NCBI GenBank assembly: GCA_964291395.2
Contig: OZ219856.1
Coordinates: 2,016,001-2,080,000 of the forward strand
Direction: 5' to 3'
Length of the DNA: 64,000 nt
From: Alphaproteobacteria bacterium
Lineage (GTDB): Bacteria > Pseudomonadota > Alphaproteobacteria > UBA2966
In this document: positions 29,031 to 37,883 of the stretch, one piece after another
How the letters are laid out: every line of letters begins with the position of its first letter
How positions within the stretch are numbered: the stretch's first letter is position 1
Notes under the pieces: model-generated
Seen by the model: the letters and a program-made list of their open reading frames with translations, nothing else
What the model was told of the DNA's origin: nothing
Database searches by the model: none
Position numbers and translations under genes: made by a program

Positions 29031-29579
29031 TCGTGAAGCCCTATCTGACTAGAACCAGGCTTGCACAGCGGCGGATCGAACAGAACCAGTGCCGAGTAAT
29101 GCTTAGTGAACGAAAGAAGCGTCACGAGCGTGGACAGGGAGTGAAAGACGCCGACTGTCGGTTTTCTCCCATAGACACGGTCGTTGGACTCGAGAATGAG
29201 GTCGTGATCGTGAATCAGCGTCGGAACATTGTGATCGCGTTGGGCGCCGACGCTATTCCTGCCGTGGTTCCTGAGGTCCTACACGAATAGATCGAAGTCG
29301 TCCGCGAGCAACGACCAGAACGGAAAATAAAGATCAATCGTGAGGCCGCCGTGGCTCGGTAGGAGCCGGAGGTCGGCGTCCGGATTACCGTGCTACCGCA
29401 CGGTCGTGACCGTCTCTTCGTCGAGGTCGACATCGCTGACCGAAAGAGGTTCCAGAATTTCCCAAACGGCTTCTGTCGTCATGGCGAAAGACCCGGCTCT
29501 CCTTATCGAAATCCGGTTCATGATCCAGGTCGAGGTTTTCGTTGATAATCTTCCTGAGACGGTCTTCCGCCGATGACAT
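29031..29579 (-). pseudogene. Decayed second copy of ACP (5' part) plus SupD-like hydrolase (5' half)
   Basis: MSSAEDRLRKIINENLDLDHEPDFDK matches the ACP at 24453-24680. MTTEAVWEILEPLSVSDVDLDEETVTTVR* (stop at 29393) matches the hydrolase start. DNA at 29031-29100 aligns with about 23825-23892. Confidence 0.85.
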
Positions 29580-29753
29580 GTGGATACTCCCATGACGTTT
29601 GAGTTCGGATCCCGATGGTTTCGCCCAGTCGTTGCAAGGCACGGCCTTTCTCGCCACAAGACTTCCGGCGCGCCGACGCCGGGCACGGTTTGGCAGACCC
29701 CGCCGAAGTAATCGTCCGGGACATATACGGAGGCCCCGGTGAGGGGAACGGCA

Positions 29754-29984
29754 CTAGAAGTCCGCAGCCTTGCGGATGACGTAGGTATAGACGCCGGCTT
29801 CCTCTTCCACCGACACGAGCTCCTGGTCCGTCGTCTCGCAGAACAGCCGAATATCGATGTAGGACGTGGGGTCCGTTGCCTGCACGGTCAGCGTCTCGCC
29901 GATGACGACATCCTTCAACGCCAGCCGTGTTCTGATCAACGGCATGGGACAGTTTAGCCCCTTAGCGTCCAGCGTCGCCCCCAT
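29754..29984 (-). CDS. TusA/SirA family sulfur-carrier protein
   Basis: LDAKGLNCPMPLI (CPxP), ATDP, YVIRK. Confidence 0.9.
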   Translation of the reverse strand: MGATLDAKGLNCPMPLIRTRLALKDVVIGETLTVQATDPTSYIDIRLFCETTDQELVSVEEEAGVYTYVIRKAADF

Positions 29985-30100
29985 CGCTCGCCCCCGCGCG
30001 ACCAACTAGCGTTTGAAATACCTTGGAGACACTCTCGATAAGATTCGCTCCGCAGTCTAGCGAAACCGCCAAGGCTCGCAAAACGCGGGAAAACGAGCCT

Positions 30101-30481
30101 TCAATGGATGATCATCATGCCGACCGCAAGCAGGATCATGGCGACGGCGAACGTACTGGTCACCCGCTTCAGCCGAAGGCGCTCCCGAGCGACCTCGTCG
30201 AACGTCTTGCCAATGGCCGCCAGACGTTCCTCCTCCGCTCGCAACGCGATCTCCTGCATCTCCCGCGCGTGAGGTCCGGGGTGATAGATGCCGGGATTCA
30301 GGATTTTCTCGGGAACGTCCGAACGCAAACTGGTCCTCCAGTCGGGCGACCAGAGCGCGAGGCAGCCGGCGATGGCGACGCCCAGCCATCCCGCCATCTG
30401 ATAGAGCATCAGAGCAAGACCCACGCAAACGAGTAGCCGCAGGCAGGCGATCGCCGTTGCTTGCTTATCCGTGAGCCACAT
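30101..30481 (-). CDS. Hypothetical membrane protein
   Basis: Three hydrophobic segments; no family recognised; start uncertain. Confidence 0.5.
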   Translation of the reverse strand: MWLTDKQATAIACLRLLVCVGLALMLYQMAGWLGVAIAGCLALWSPDWRTSLRSDVPEKILNPGIYHPGPHAREMQEIALRAEEERLAAIGKTFDEVARERLRLKRVTSTFAVAMILLAVGMMIIH

Positions 30482-30578
30482 GGCGCTGCTTCGCCTTCGA
30501 TCATCCCACGTGTGCAGCCAAATTCTATTCCACTTGAAGGGCGCCCACACCTCACATTAACTTTGGAGCGATATCGAC

Positions 30579-31004
30579 ATGGAACAGCGCGTCAGCCTCA
30601 TCTCCCTCGCCGTAGCCGATCTCGATCGGAGCGTCGTGTTTTACGAGAAGCTCGGCTGGACCCGCTCTTTCGAGGCCGCCGAGGGCATCGCCTTCTTCCA
30701 GATCGGCGGACTCGCCTTCTCGCTGTACCCCCGCGACGACATGGCGCGTGACATCGGAATCCCGGCGGACGGTTCCGGCTTTGCGGGCTTCGCGCTCGCC
30801 TACAACACGCGGTCCCAAAACGAGGTCAACGCGGTCCTTCAGGAAGCCGAAGCCGCCGGCGGGCGAATCGTAAGGGCGGCCGCGGACCAGTTCTGGGGCG
30901 GCTACGCGGGGTGTTTCGCGGACCCGGACGGCCACCTCTGGGAAGTCGCCTGGAACCCCCACTTCCCGATTGCCGAAGACGGCAGCGTCATCCTGCCAGC
31001 ATAA
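30579..31004 (+). CDS. VOC/glyoxalase family protein
   Basis: MEQRVSLISLAVADL, FWGGY.G.FADPDGHLWEVAWNP. Confidence 0.92.
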   Translation: MEQRVSLISLAVADLDRSVVFYEKLGWTRSFEAAEGIAFFQIGGLAFSLYPRDDMARDIGIPADGSGFAGFALAYNTRSQNEVNAVLQEAEAAGGRIVRAAADQFWGGYAGCFADPDGHLWEVAWNPHFPIAEDGSVILPA

Positions 31005-31108
31005 GGGAAACGTCACGGATACCCGCCTGTTGAGGCGGATTCGACTCATATCCCCTTCCCCGCTTCAATAGCGTCGGAACGCAATCCACTCACCGGGGAG
31101 GCAACAAG

Positions 31109-31978
31109 GTGAAAATCGGACTCCATTTTCCGCAAGCCGAGATCGGCGCGGACTTCGAGGTTATTCGCGAATTCGTGCAGACGGCCGAGGAACTCGGCTT
31201 CAACCACATCAACGTTCCCGACCACGTCATCCAGACGCGGACGCCGCGCGGGCCAATGCCGCTCGCCACCAACTACACGACCGAGTTCCCTCATCACGAG
31301 ACGATGACCACGCTCGCCTATGTCGCCGGCGTGACGAACACGCTCGGGATCAGCTCGGCCGTCATCATCATGCCCCAGCGGCCCGCGGTGTTGACCGCCA
31401 AGCAGGCCGCACAGATCGACGTGCTGAGCGGCGGGCGCATGCGCCTTGCCATCGGCATCGGCTGGAACGAGCCTGAATACGAGGCTCTCGACATGAACTT
31501 CCGCGACCGCGCGGTGCGCGTCGAGGAACAGATGGAGGTCTGCCGCAAGCTGTGGACCGAGGAGCACGTCACTTACAAGGGCCGGTATCACACCATCACC
31601 GACGCGGGCTTTGCGCCCATGCCAATACAGCGGCCCATCCCCATCTGGATCGGGGCGATCGCGGAGCCCGCCGTGAAGCGCGCCGGTCGGCTCGCGGACG
31701 GCTGGCTGGTCATCGCCATGGACCAGCCCGGCGATTCGACCAAGGCCAAGTTCGACAGCTTCTATGAAGCCGCGCGGGGAGCGGGGCGCGATCCCGCCTC
31801 GCTCGGCATCGAAGCGACGGTCTGGGCCGGCGAGGACGAGGATCCCGAGGAATGGGCCAAGACCGCAAAGGCCTGGATCGACATGGGCGCGACTCAGCTC
31901 CTGTTCCGGCCGCGCGGCCAGTTTCCCGCGATCCAGAAGGCCGTTCAGGCGTTCGCACCGATCATGAAGGACATCTGA
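31109..31978 (+). CDS. LLM-class oxidoreductase, probable F420-dependent (Rv2161c-like)
   Basis: AEELGF.HI.VPDHV, FHE-like PHHE, PQR..VLTAKQAA.IDVLSGGR.RL.IGIGWN..EY, IPIWIG. Confidence 0.85.
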   Translation: MKIGLHFPQAEIGADFEVIREFVQTAEELGFNHINVPDHVIQTRTPRGPMPLATNYTTEFPHHETMTTLAYVAGVTNTLGISSAVIIMPQRPAVLTAKQAAQIDVLSGGRMRLAIGIGWNEPEYEALDMNFRDRAVRVEEQMEVCRKLWTEEHVTYKGRYHTITDAGFAPMPIQRPIPIWIGAIAEPAVKRAGRLADGWLVIAMDQPGDSTKAKFDSFYEAARGAGRDPASLGIEATVWAGEDEDPEEWAKTAKAWIDMGATQLLFRPRGQFPAIQKAVQAFAPIMKDI

Positions 31979-31999
31979 CGGGCGCGGCTGCGTGACGTC

Positions 32000-32437
32000 A
32001 TGACCACGTTCACCGTCGGTCACACCAAGACGCCAGCGCGGGAGTTTTTCGGGAAGCTCTCAAACGCGGGGGTGCGCCGCGTGATCGACGTGCGGCTGAG
32101 GAATACGTCAGCGCTGACCGGATATGCGCGCAGGGACGATCTGGCATACCTGCTGGAATCCTTCGCCGGAATTCACTATGTGCACGCGCCGGAACTCGCG
32201 CCCGACGAAGGGCTCTTCAACGACTACAAGAAGAAGGGGCTGCCCTGGGCCGAGTACGAGCCCCGCTTTCTGGCCCTCATGGAAGCGCGCGAGATCGAGA
32301 AGAAGGTCGACCCGGCGCTCCTGGTGAACACCTGTCTGCTATGCGCCGAAAAGACGCCGCACCACTGCCACCGGCGCCTCGTCCTCGAGTACCTGCAGGA
32401 CAAATGGAGAATGGAACTCGACGTAGTGCATCTGTAA
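32000..32437 (+). CDS. DUF488 family protein
   Basis: FTVGHT, VIDVRL, ELAP, CLLCAE..PHHCHRRLV. Confidence 0.88.
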   Translation: MTTFTVGHTKTPAREFFGKLSNAGVRRVIDVRLRNTSALTGYARRDDLAYLLESFAGIHYVHAPELAPDEGLFNDYKKKGLPWAEYEPRFLALMEAREIEKKVDPALLVNTCLLCAEKTPHHCHRRLVLEYLQDKWRMELDVVHL

Positions 32438-32635
32438 CGCCGGTCCTCAAGTACCGGGAATGCTGAGCTCGGTGACGCTCGGGGCCGAGGCAGGTTGAAA
32501 CATCAACCCCCGTCGGGTGTCGAAGCCGGCGGCGTAACGGTTCACCCCCGCGCACGGCGGGGCTCAAGCGCGTTGCGGCGAGTGTCTGACCAGAGAGCCA
32601 GCCCGCCGTCTCCTCCATTCCGAGTACGTTAAAAT

Positions 32636-33967
32636 CTATCCCCGGCCGATGACGCCATCGGACATCAACTGCTCGATCGTGCCATCGATCGCCCGCAGGG
32701 TAATTTCGACGTCTTCGTCCGTGTGCGCGGAAGAGGTGAGGCCGCCCAAGTGGGACATGTTGTTGATGCCGCGCTCGAGCAAGGCCTGCTGGTAGGCGAG
32801 CACCGTCGACGACGGGATTCCCCGGATCTCCTCGGGCGTCAGTCCCTCTACGGAATCCCGGGACGGCGTATTGCCGAAATGGATGTGGAAGGTCGACGAC
32901 TCGCCGTATACCGCGCCCGGAACCTGGCGCTCCTCAAGGATGGTGCGGATACCCTCGCGTATCTTCTCGGCGATGGCATCGGCGTGCTTGTGCGGCTCGC
33001 CCGTCTTGACGATCTTGAGCGTAGCAACGGCCGGCGCGGCGACAAGGGGTGCGCCGTTGAACGTGCCCTTGTGGACGACCTTGCGTTCGGCGTGGGTGGT
33101 CGTGCGCGGATTGAGCACCTCCATGATGTCGGCCTTGCCGCCGAGGGCACCTCCCGGATTCCCTCCGGTGACGATCTTGGCCATGCAGGTCATGTCGGGA
33201 ACGATGCCGGTGAGACCCTGAACGCCGCCCGGACTCCACCGGAACCCCGTGATCACTTCGTCGAAGATGAGAACGACGCCATACTTGTCCGTCAGATCCC
33301 GAAGCTCCTGAAGGAAATTGGCCGGCAGGGGAACCGATCCCCAGTTCGCGCCGGAGGCCTCGACCATGACGGCGGCGATGTCGTCATTGGACTTCAATGT
33401 CTCCTCCACCTTGGCGGGATCGGTGGGCAACACGATGATCGACTCCGCCGCGCCCGACACCACACCCGCCCCCGGCGCCTCGTCGTAAGGCGCTTCCGAT
33501 CCCGTGATGGTGATGTCGCTCCACCCGTTGTAGTGGTTCTGGAAACGGACGATCTTGGCCCTGCCCGTATAGGCGCGCGCGACGCGTGCCGCCAACAATG
33601 TGGACTCCGACCCCGATGCCACGAAGCGGACGCGCTCCGCCGACGGCATCAATTCCTGGACCATGCCTGCCCACTCGACCTCCAGTGCATGACAGCTGGC
33701 CGTGTAGGTGCCATGGGGCGCCTGTTCCTGAATGGCCTTGACGACGTCGGGGTGGGCATGACCGAGGAGCAGTGAAGCGCTTCCCATCGAGTAGTCGATG
33801 TACTCATTGCCTTCCACATCCCACATGCGGGAACCCTTGGCGCGCCCGATATAGACGGGGTCACCGTTCTTGCGCCGGTTGGGGTGTGAAATCCCGCCCG
33901 GCATGGTTTCCAGGGCCCGCGTCCAAAGATCCTGCTGCGAACTGGTGGTATCGGCCGTCGAAGACAT
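32636..33967 (-). CDS. Class III aminotransferase (GSA aminomutase-like); start corrected to MSSTAD
   Basis: DVEGNEYID, LLGHAHP, SGSES, FDEVITGFR, MAKIVTGG, GTFNG; GGAGAG RBS. Confidence 0.9.
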   Translation of the reverse strand: MSSTADTTSSQQDLWTRALETMPGGISHPNRRKNGDPVYIGRAKGSRMWDVEGNEYIDYSMGSASLLLGHAHPDVVKAIQEQAPHGTYTASCHALEVEWAGMVQELMPSAERVRFVASGSESTLLAARVARAYTGRAKIVRFQNHYNGWSDITITGSEAPYDEAPGAGVVSGAAESIIVLPTDPAKVEETLKSNDDIAAVMVEASGANWGSVPLPANFLQELRDLTDKYGVVLIFDEVITGFRWSPGGVQGLTGIVPDMTCMAKIVTGGNPGGALGGKADIMEVLNPRTTTHAERKVVHKGTFNGAPLVAAPAVATLKIVKTGEPHKHADAIAEKIREGIRTILEERQVPGAVYGESSTFHIHFGNTPSRDSVEGLTPEEIRGIPSSTVLAYQQALLERGINNMSHLGGLTSSAHTDEDVEITLRAIDGTIEQLMSDGVIGRG

Positions 33968-34166
33968 GTCGCTCTCTCCCATGTGGGTCGCCCCGGGGAC
34001 CGCCGGGTCAACGAGCGCGCATGATGGCACACGAGGCGCACACGAGCCAGAGCGCGCCGCACGCTCGAGCGGTGCTCGCGGGGGCATCCGGCAGGCAAAT
34101 CCCGTCAGCATGGTAACGCGTGGGCCGAGCCCGGGAAGACCGACGTGAACGTGATCGAGCCCCGCG

Positions 34167-34496
34167 TCACCTCGGTGTGGTGTTCGTCTCCGCGCCAAGC
34201 CAACTCAGGTAATCGGCGTTTCCGTCCAGGATCGGCCACGAAACGACACAAGGGACATCATAGGAATGGAGTTCCTTGACCCGCCTCGTAAGAGCCTCCA
34301 TCAACTCGGTACGGGACTTCAGAATCACCACGACTTCGGGATCATCCTGTACCTCACCGTCCCACCAATAAAGCGACCGCACGCCATCAATCACGTTGGC
34401 GCAGGCGGCGAGACGCTCCTCGACCAACGCCTTTCCAATCCCCACGGCCTCGTCCTTGTCGGATGCCGTGATGTAGACGGAACAGTAGGTTTTCAT
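34167..34496 (-). CDS. cutA: Divalent-cation tolerance protein CutA
   Basis: LVEERLAACAN, SLYWWDGEV, HSYDVPC, YLSWL. Confidence 0.93.
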   Translation of the reverse strand: MKTYCSVYITASDKDEAVGIGKALVEERLAACANVIDGVRSLYWWDGEVQDDPEVVVILKSRTELMEALTRRVKELHSYDVPCVVSWPILDGNADYLSWLGAETNTTPR

Positions 34497-35587
34497 ATGT
34501 CGACCCCCGACCTCCGGCCCGTGGAACGCCGAAGCGCGAATGCTGCGGTAACCATTGAACCAAACAAAATCATGGCGCCAGCCTGATGCGCGGCCGCGAC
34601 GGGCACTGGGACAACCAGCACCACGGTCGCGACGCCGAGGGCGGTCTGCAGGAGAACCGCAGCGGCCATGGCGTGCAGCGCCATTCGGGGGAACCCGCCA
34701 TGCGCGCGGGAGCGTTCTCGCCACCACAGAATGAGAATAGCGGCAGCCGTCGAGACGGCGAGCCATCGATGACCGAACTGCACGGTGATCGTGTTCTCGG
34801 TGAAGTTCGTGTACCAGGGTATCCCGGCCAGGATCCCTTCCGGGATCCACATGCCATTCATGGTCGGAAAGGTGTTGTAAGCGAATCCGGCGTCGAGACC
34901 CGCGACCAGGGCCCCAGACAGAATCGTTGCGAAGACCGCCGCCAGACAGACCACAGCACCGCGATGATGTCGCCATACGGGACCGTCATCGCGATCATCA
35001 CCAAGCAGCGATGTCAGTGCCGCCCACAGCAGCAAGCCGAAGATGACTACCGCCAAACCCAAATGGACCGCGAGCCGGTAGTGGCTGACATCGGGCTGAT
35101 CCACCAGGCCACTCCGGACCATCCACCAGCCCACGACTCCCTGTACCGCGCCGAGACAGAAAATCACCGCCAACCGGCAGGCGGTTTTGGGACCGATGCG
35201 ACGCACATACAGAAACCACAGGAAAGGTAGAAGAAAAACGACCCCGATCGTCCGGCCCAGCAACCGATGAAGATACTCAAACCAGAAAATCGATTTGAAC
35301 TCGCCGAGCGACATTCCCTGATTGAGCTTCTGGTATTCGGGAAACCGCTTGTAGTTCTCGAACGCAGCACCCCACGCGGCCTCGTCGAGAGGCGGCAGCC
35401 ATCCCGTAACCGGCCGCCATTCAACCATCGACAGACCCGAATGGGTAAGGCGGGTCAAACCTCCCACGACGACCGTCAGGAGAACCAGGAAGGTGCAGAC
35501 GAGAAGCCAGATCGCCACGGGACGCACGATAGCCGCCCGGGCATCGGAACTTGCGGTCGCGGTAGCCGTCATTCCCGAGATGTACAC
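34493..35587 (-). CDS. ctaA: Heme A synthase (COX15/CtaA)
   Basis: VGGLTRLTHSGLSM, WFEYLHRLLGR, GWWMVRSGL, VSHYRLAVHL, AGLDAG, HQ. Confidence 0.95.
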   Translation of the reverse strand: MYISGMTATATASSDARAAIVRPVAIWLLVCTFLVLLTVVVGGLTRLTHSGLSMVEWRPVTGWLPPLDEAAWGAAFENYKRFPEYQKLNQGMSLGEFKSIFWFEYLHRLLGRTIGVVFLLPFLWFLYVRRIGPKTACRLAVIFCLGAVQGVVGWWMVRSGLVDQPDVSHYRLAVHLGLAVVIFGLLLWAALTSLLGDDRDDGPVWRHHRGAVVCLAAVFATILSGALVAGLDAGFAYNTFPTMNGMWIPEGILAGIPWYTNFTENTITVQFGHRWLAVSTAAAILILWWRERSRAHGGFPRMALHAMAAAVLLQTALGVATVVLVVPVPVAAAHQAGAMILFGSMVTAAFALRRSTGRRSGVDI

Positions 35588-35626
35588 GACTTCAGGGGGA
35601 AACGGGAGGTGATGGCGTGGGATGGG

Positions 35627-36502
35627 TCACGCCCGCTCGTAGTAGGGACGATCCCCTTCAATCTGCGTGCGGTGCATGACACGACGGTCGTCGTTGTCGA
35701 AAGCGTCCCGCCGGTGCAGAACCGCGCGATTATCCCACATCAGGAGGTCGCCCACCCGCCATCGATGGTGCCAGGTGAAGGCGCTCTGAGTCGCATGGGC
35801 CCAAACGGCATCCAACAAGGCGTCGCTCTCTTCCACGGGGAGTCCCGGAACGTACGCGTTCCGCCGGCGCCCCAGAAACAGGGCGTGACGTCCGGTTTCA
35901 GGATGTGTCCGAAACATCGGATGTCGAGCTCCCGGCGTCCGGGTCACGTCCGTCACTTCCTCGTAGCCCCGGCGCAGGAATCCTGCACTATTCAGGCTGT
36001 GATCGTGCACGCAGACGCGGTCCTCGAGCTTTGAACGCAATTCATCCGGCAGCATCTCGTACGCGAGATACATGTTGGCGAAACCGGTATCGCCGCCGGA
36101 GGGAGGAACCTCCAGGGCGTATAGGATGGCCCCCATAATCGGTTCTTCGAGGTAAGACATGTCGGTGTGCCAGATCGCCTCACCGTTCCCGAGACTGCCG
36201 ATGGGAATTCCATCCTTGGTCACGTTCGAGATGATCGCCACTTCGGGATAGCCCTCGGGCGATCGAGAGCGGCCTTCCATCCGGGCTTCGCCGAGCGGTG
36301 CCAGACGAGGTTCTCCAAAATACCTACTGAATCGCACGAGATCGGCGTCCGAGATGTCTTGATCGCGGATCAACAGCACCAAGTGGTCTCGCCAAGTCTG
36401 CTTGACGACTTCGATCGAGTCGGGATCGAGCCCTCGACGCAAGTCCAGCCCCCGGATTTCAGCGCCAAGAGCCTCACCGGTTGGTAAAATCTCGACAGTC
36501 AT
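35627..36502 (-). CDS. TauD/TfdA family 2-oxoglutarate/Fe(II) dioxygenase
   Basis: LGAEIRGLDL, WHTD, GGDT.FANM, HPETGR, WDNRAVLHRR. Confidence 0.93.
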   Translation of the reverse strand: MTVEILPTGEALGAEIRGLDLRRGLDPDSIEVVKQTWRDHLVLLIRDQDISDADLVRFSRYFGEPRLAPLGEARMEGRSRSPEGYPEVAIISNVTKDGIPIGSLGNGEAIWHTDMSYLEEPIMGAILYALEVPPSGGDTGFANMYLAYEMLPDELRSKLEDRVCVHDHSLNSAGFLRRGYEEVTDVTRTPGARHPMFRTHPETGRHALFLGRRRNAYVPGLPVEESDALLDAVWAHATQSAFTWHHRWRVGDLLMWDNRAVLHRRDAFDNDDRRVMHRTQIEGDRPYYERA

Positions 36503-36752
36503 CCTTCCCTTCGACACCCTTCCGAACGTGCTCGGGGTCGCGGCGGACCCCATCCGCCTTGCTTCTTCCCAGACGTTAGTTCAGCACTTGGATCGCATTC
36601 AAGTACACGGGCCACGACAAGAAGTCGCGTGTCATCATATTCGGCGATCCGCCGTCGCCGTAGAGCCGCGCAGACCACGTGGCCCGAGGCGGACCGGCGT
36701 GCTATGAAGGATGACGGTCAGCAGCATGACATGCCGCCTCGAGGACGGAGCC

Positions 36753-37847
36753 ATGAAAATTCACGATCTCGCCCTCTATCGGGTCGAAATTCCCCTGCAC
36801 GTTCCCTACGTCACCAAACTCCAGCCGGACGGGCTCAAGACGATCGATACCATTGTCTGCGAGGTACATGACGAAGACGGTCGCGCCGGTGTGGGAGATG
36901 CCACGATCCTCCCGGGGTATACACACGAAACGTGCGATGGCGGCTGGAAGTTCTGCCTCGAGCACGGCGAACGCATCGTCGGAATGGAAACCCGGGAAGC
37001 CAAGACCAGTCTCGATCCTTACCGGTTCAGCGATGCGCATGCCGTCAGCGCCCTGCAGGTCGCGATCGAGATGATGGAGGAGAACCCCTTGTTCGATCTG
37101 CCAGGCGAGCCGACCGAGGTGCCCATCCTCGGCGCCGTCAATACCAAGGTACTGGATAAGATTCCCGACGAAGTCGACAGGCTCATCGAGAAAGGGCATC
37201 GAACCCTCAAGGTCAAGGTCGGTTGGGAGCCCGCGGCCGACCTCGATCGTCTCGAGATCATTCAGAAGGCCAATGCCGGGCGCGCAGACATCCGGATCGA
37301 TGCCAACCAGGGATTCTCCCGCGAGGACGGCATCGAATTCGCGACGTCCCTGGAGTCGGATGGTGAACTGCAGTTGTTCGAGCAACCCTGCGACAAGGCG
37401 GACTGGGACAGCAATGCCGCGGTGGCTGCCGTCTCGAACGTGCCCGTGATGATGGATGAATCCATATACGGAATCGTTGACGTCGAGCGCGCGGGCGCCA
37501 TGCACGGCTGCGGATTCGTCAAGCTCAAGATCTCGAAACTCACAGGCGTCGATCTGCTCAAGCAAGGACTCGACCGCATCCGGGAACTGGGAATGACTCC
37601 GGTGCTGGGCAACGGTGCCGCGTCGGACGTAGGCTGTTTCGTCGAGTCCTGCGTGGCGCGCCATGCGATCGACAACGCGGCCGAGAACAACGGATACCTC
37701 AAGAACAGCGAACAGCTTTTCAAGGAAACCCTGCCATTCCGCGATGGGTCGATCATTCTCGAAAAAGACTTCAAGCCGGAGCTGAATCACGGCACGGTCA
37801 ATCGCCTCAAGCTCGACGAAGCGCGCTTCGCCCCCGTGCAGGCCTGA
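36753..37847 (+). CDS. Enolase superfamily, MLE-subgroup enzyme (paralogue 1)
   Basis: LKVKVG (KxK), DANQ, EQP, DES metal ligands, VKLKISK. Confidence 0.88.
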   Translation: MKIHDLALYRVEIPLHVPYVTKLQPDGLKTIDTIVCEVHDEDGRAGVGDATILPGYTHETCDGGWKFCLEHGERIVGMETREAKTSLDPYRFSDAHAVSALQVAIEMMEENPLFDLPGEPTEVPILGAVNTKVLDKIPDEVDRLIEKGHRTLKVKVGWEPAADLDRLEIIQKANAGRADIRIDANQGFSREDGIEFATSLESDGELQLFEQPCDKADWDSNAAVAAVSNVPVMMDESIYGIVDVERAGAMHGCGFVKLKISKLTGVDLLKQGLDRIRELGMTPVLGNGAASDVGCFVESCVARHAIDNAAENNGYLKNSEQLFKETLPFRDGSIILEKDFKPELNHGTVNRLKLDEARFAPVQA

Positions 37848-37883
37848 TCCGCCGCCTCGCGCGGGGTTGCGGGTGACGACCCC

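Noticed and set aside
7121-29750. tRNA attachment site, integrase or flanking direct repeats for the island
   Set aside because: None could be seen by eye; the boundaries are inferred only from gene content.
32000-32437. DUF488 as part of an anti-phage system
   Set aside because: Single gene with no partner defence genes nearby.
32440-32635. CRISPR array
   Set aside because: Only one repeat-like sequence, no periodicity, no cas genes.
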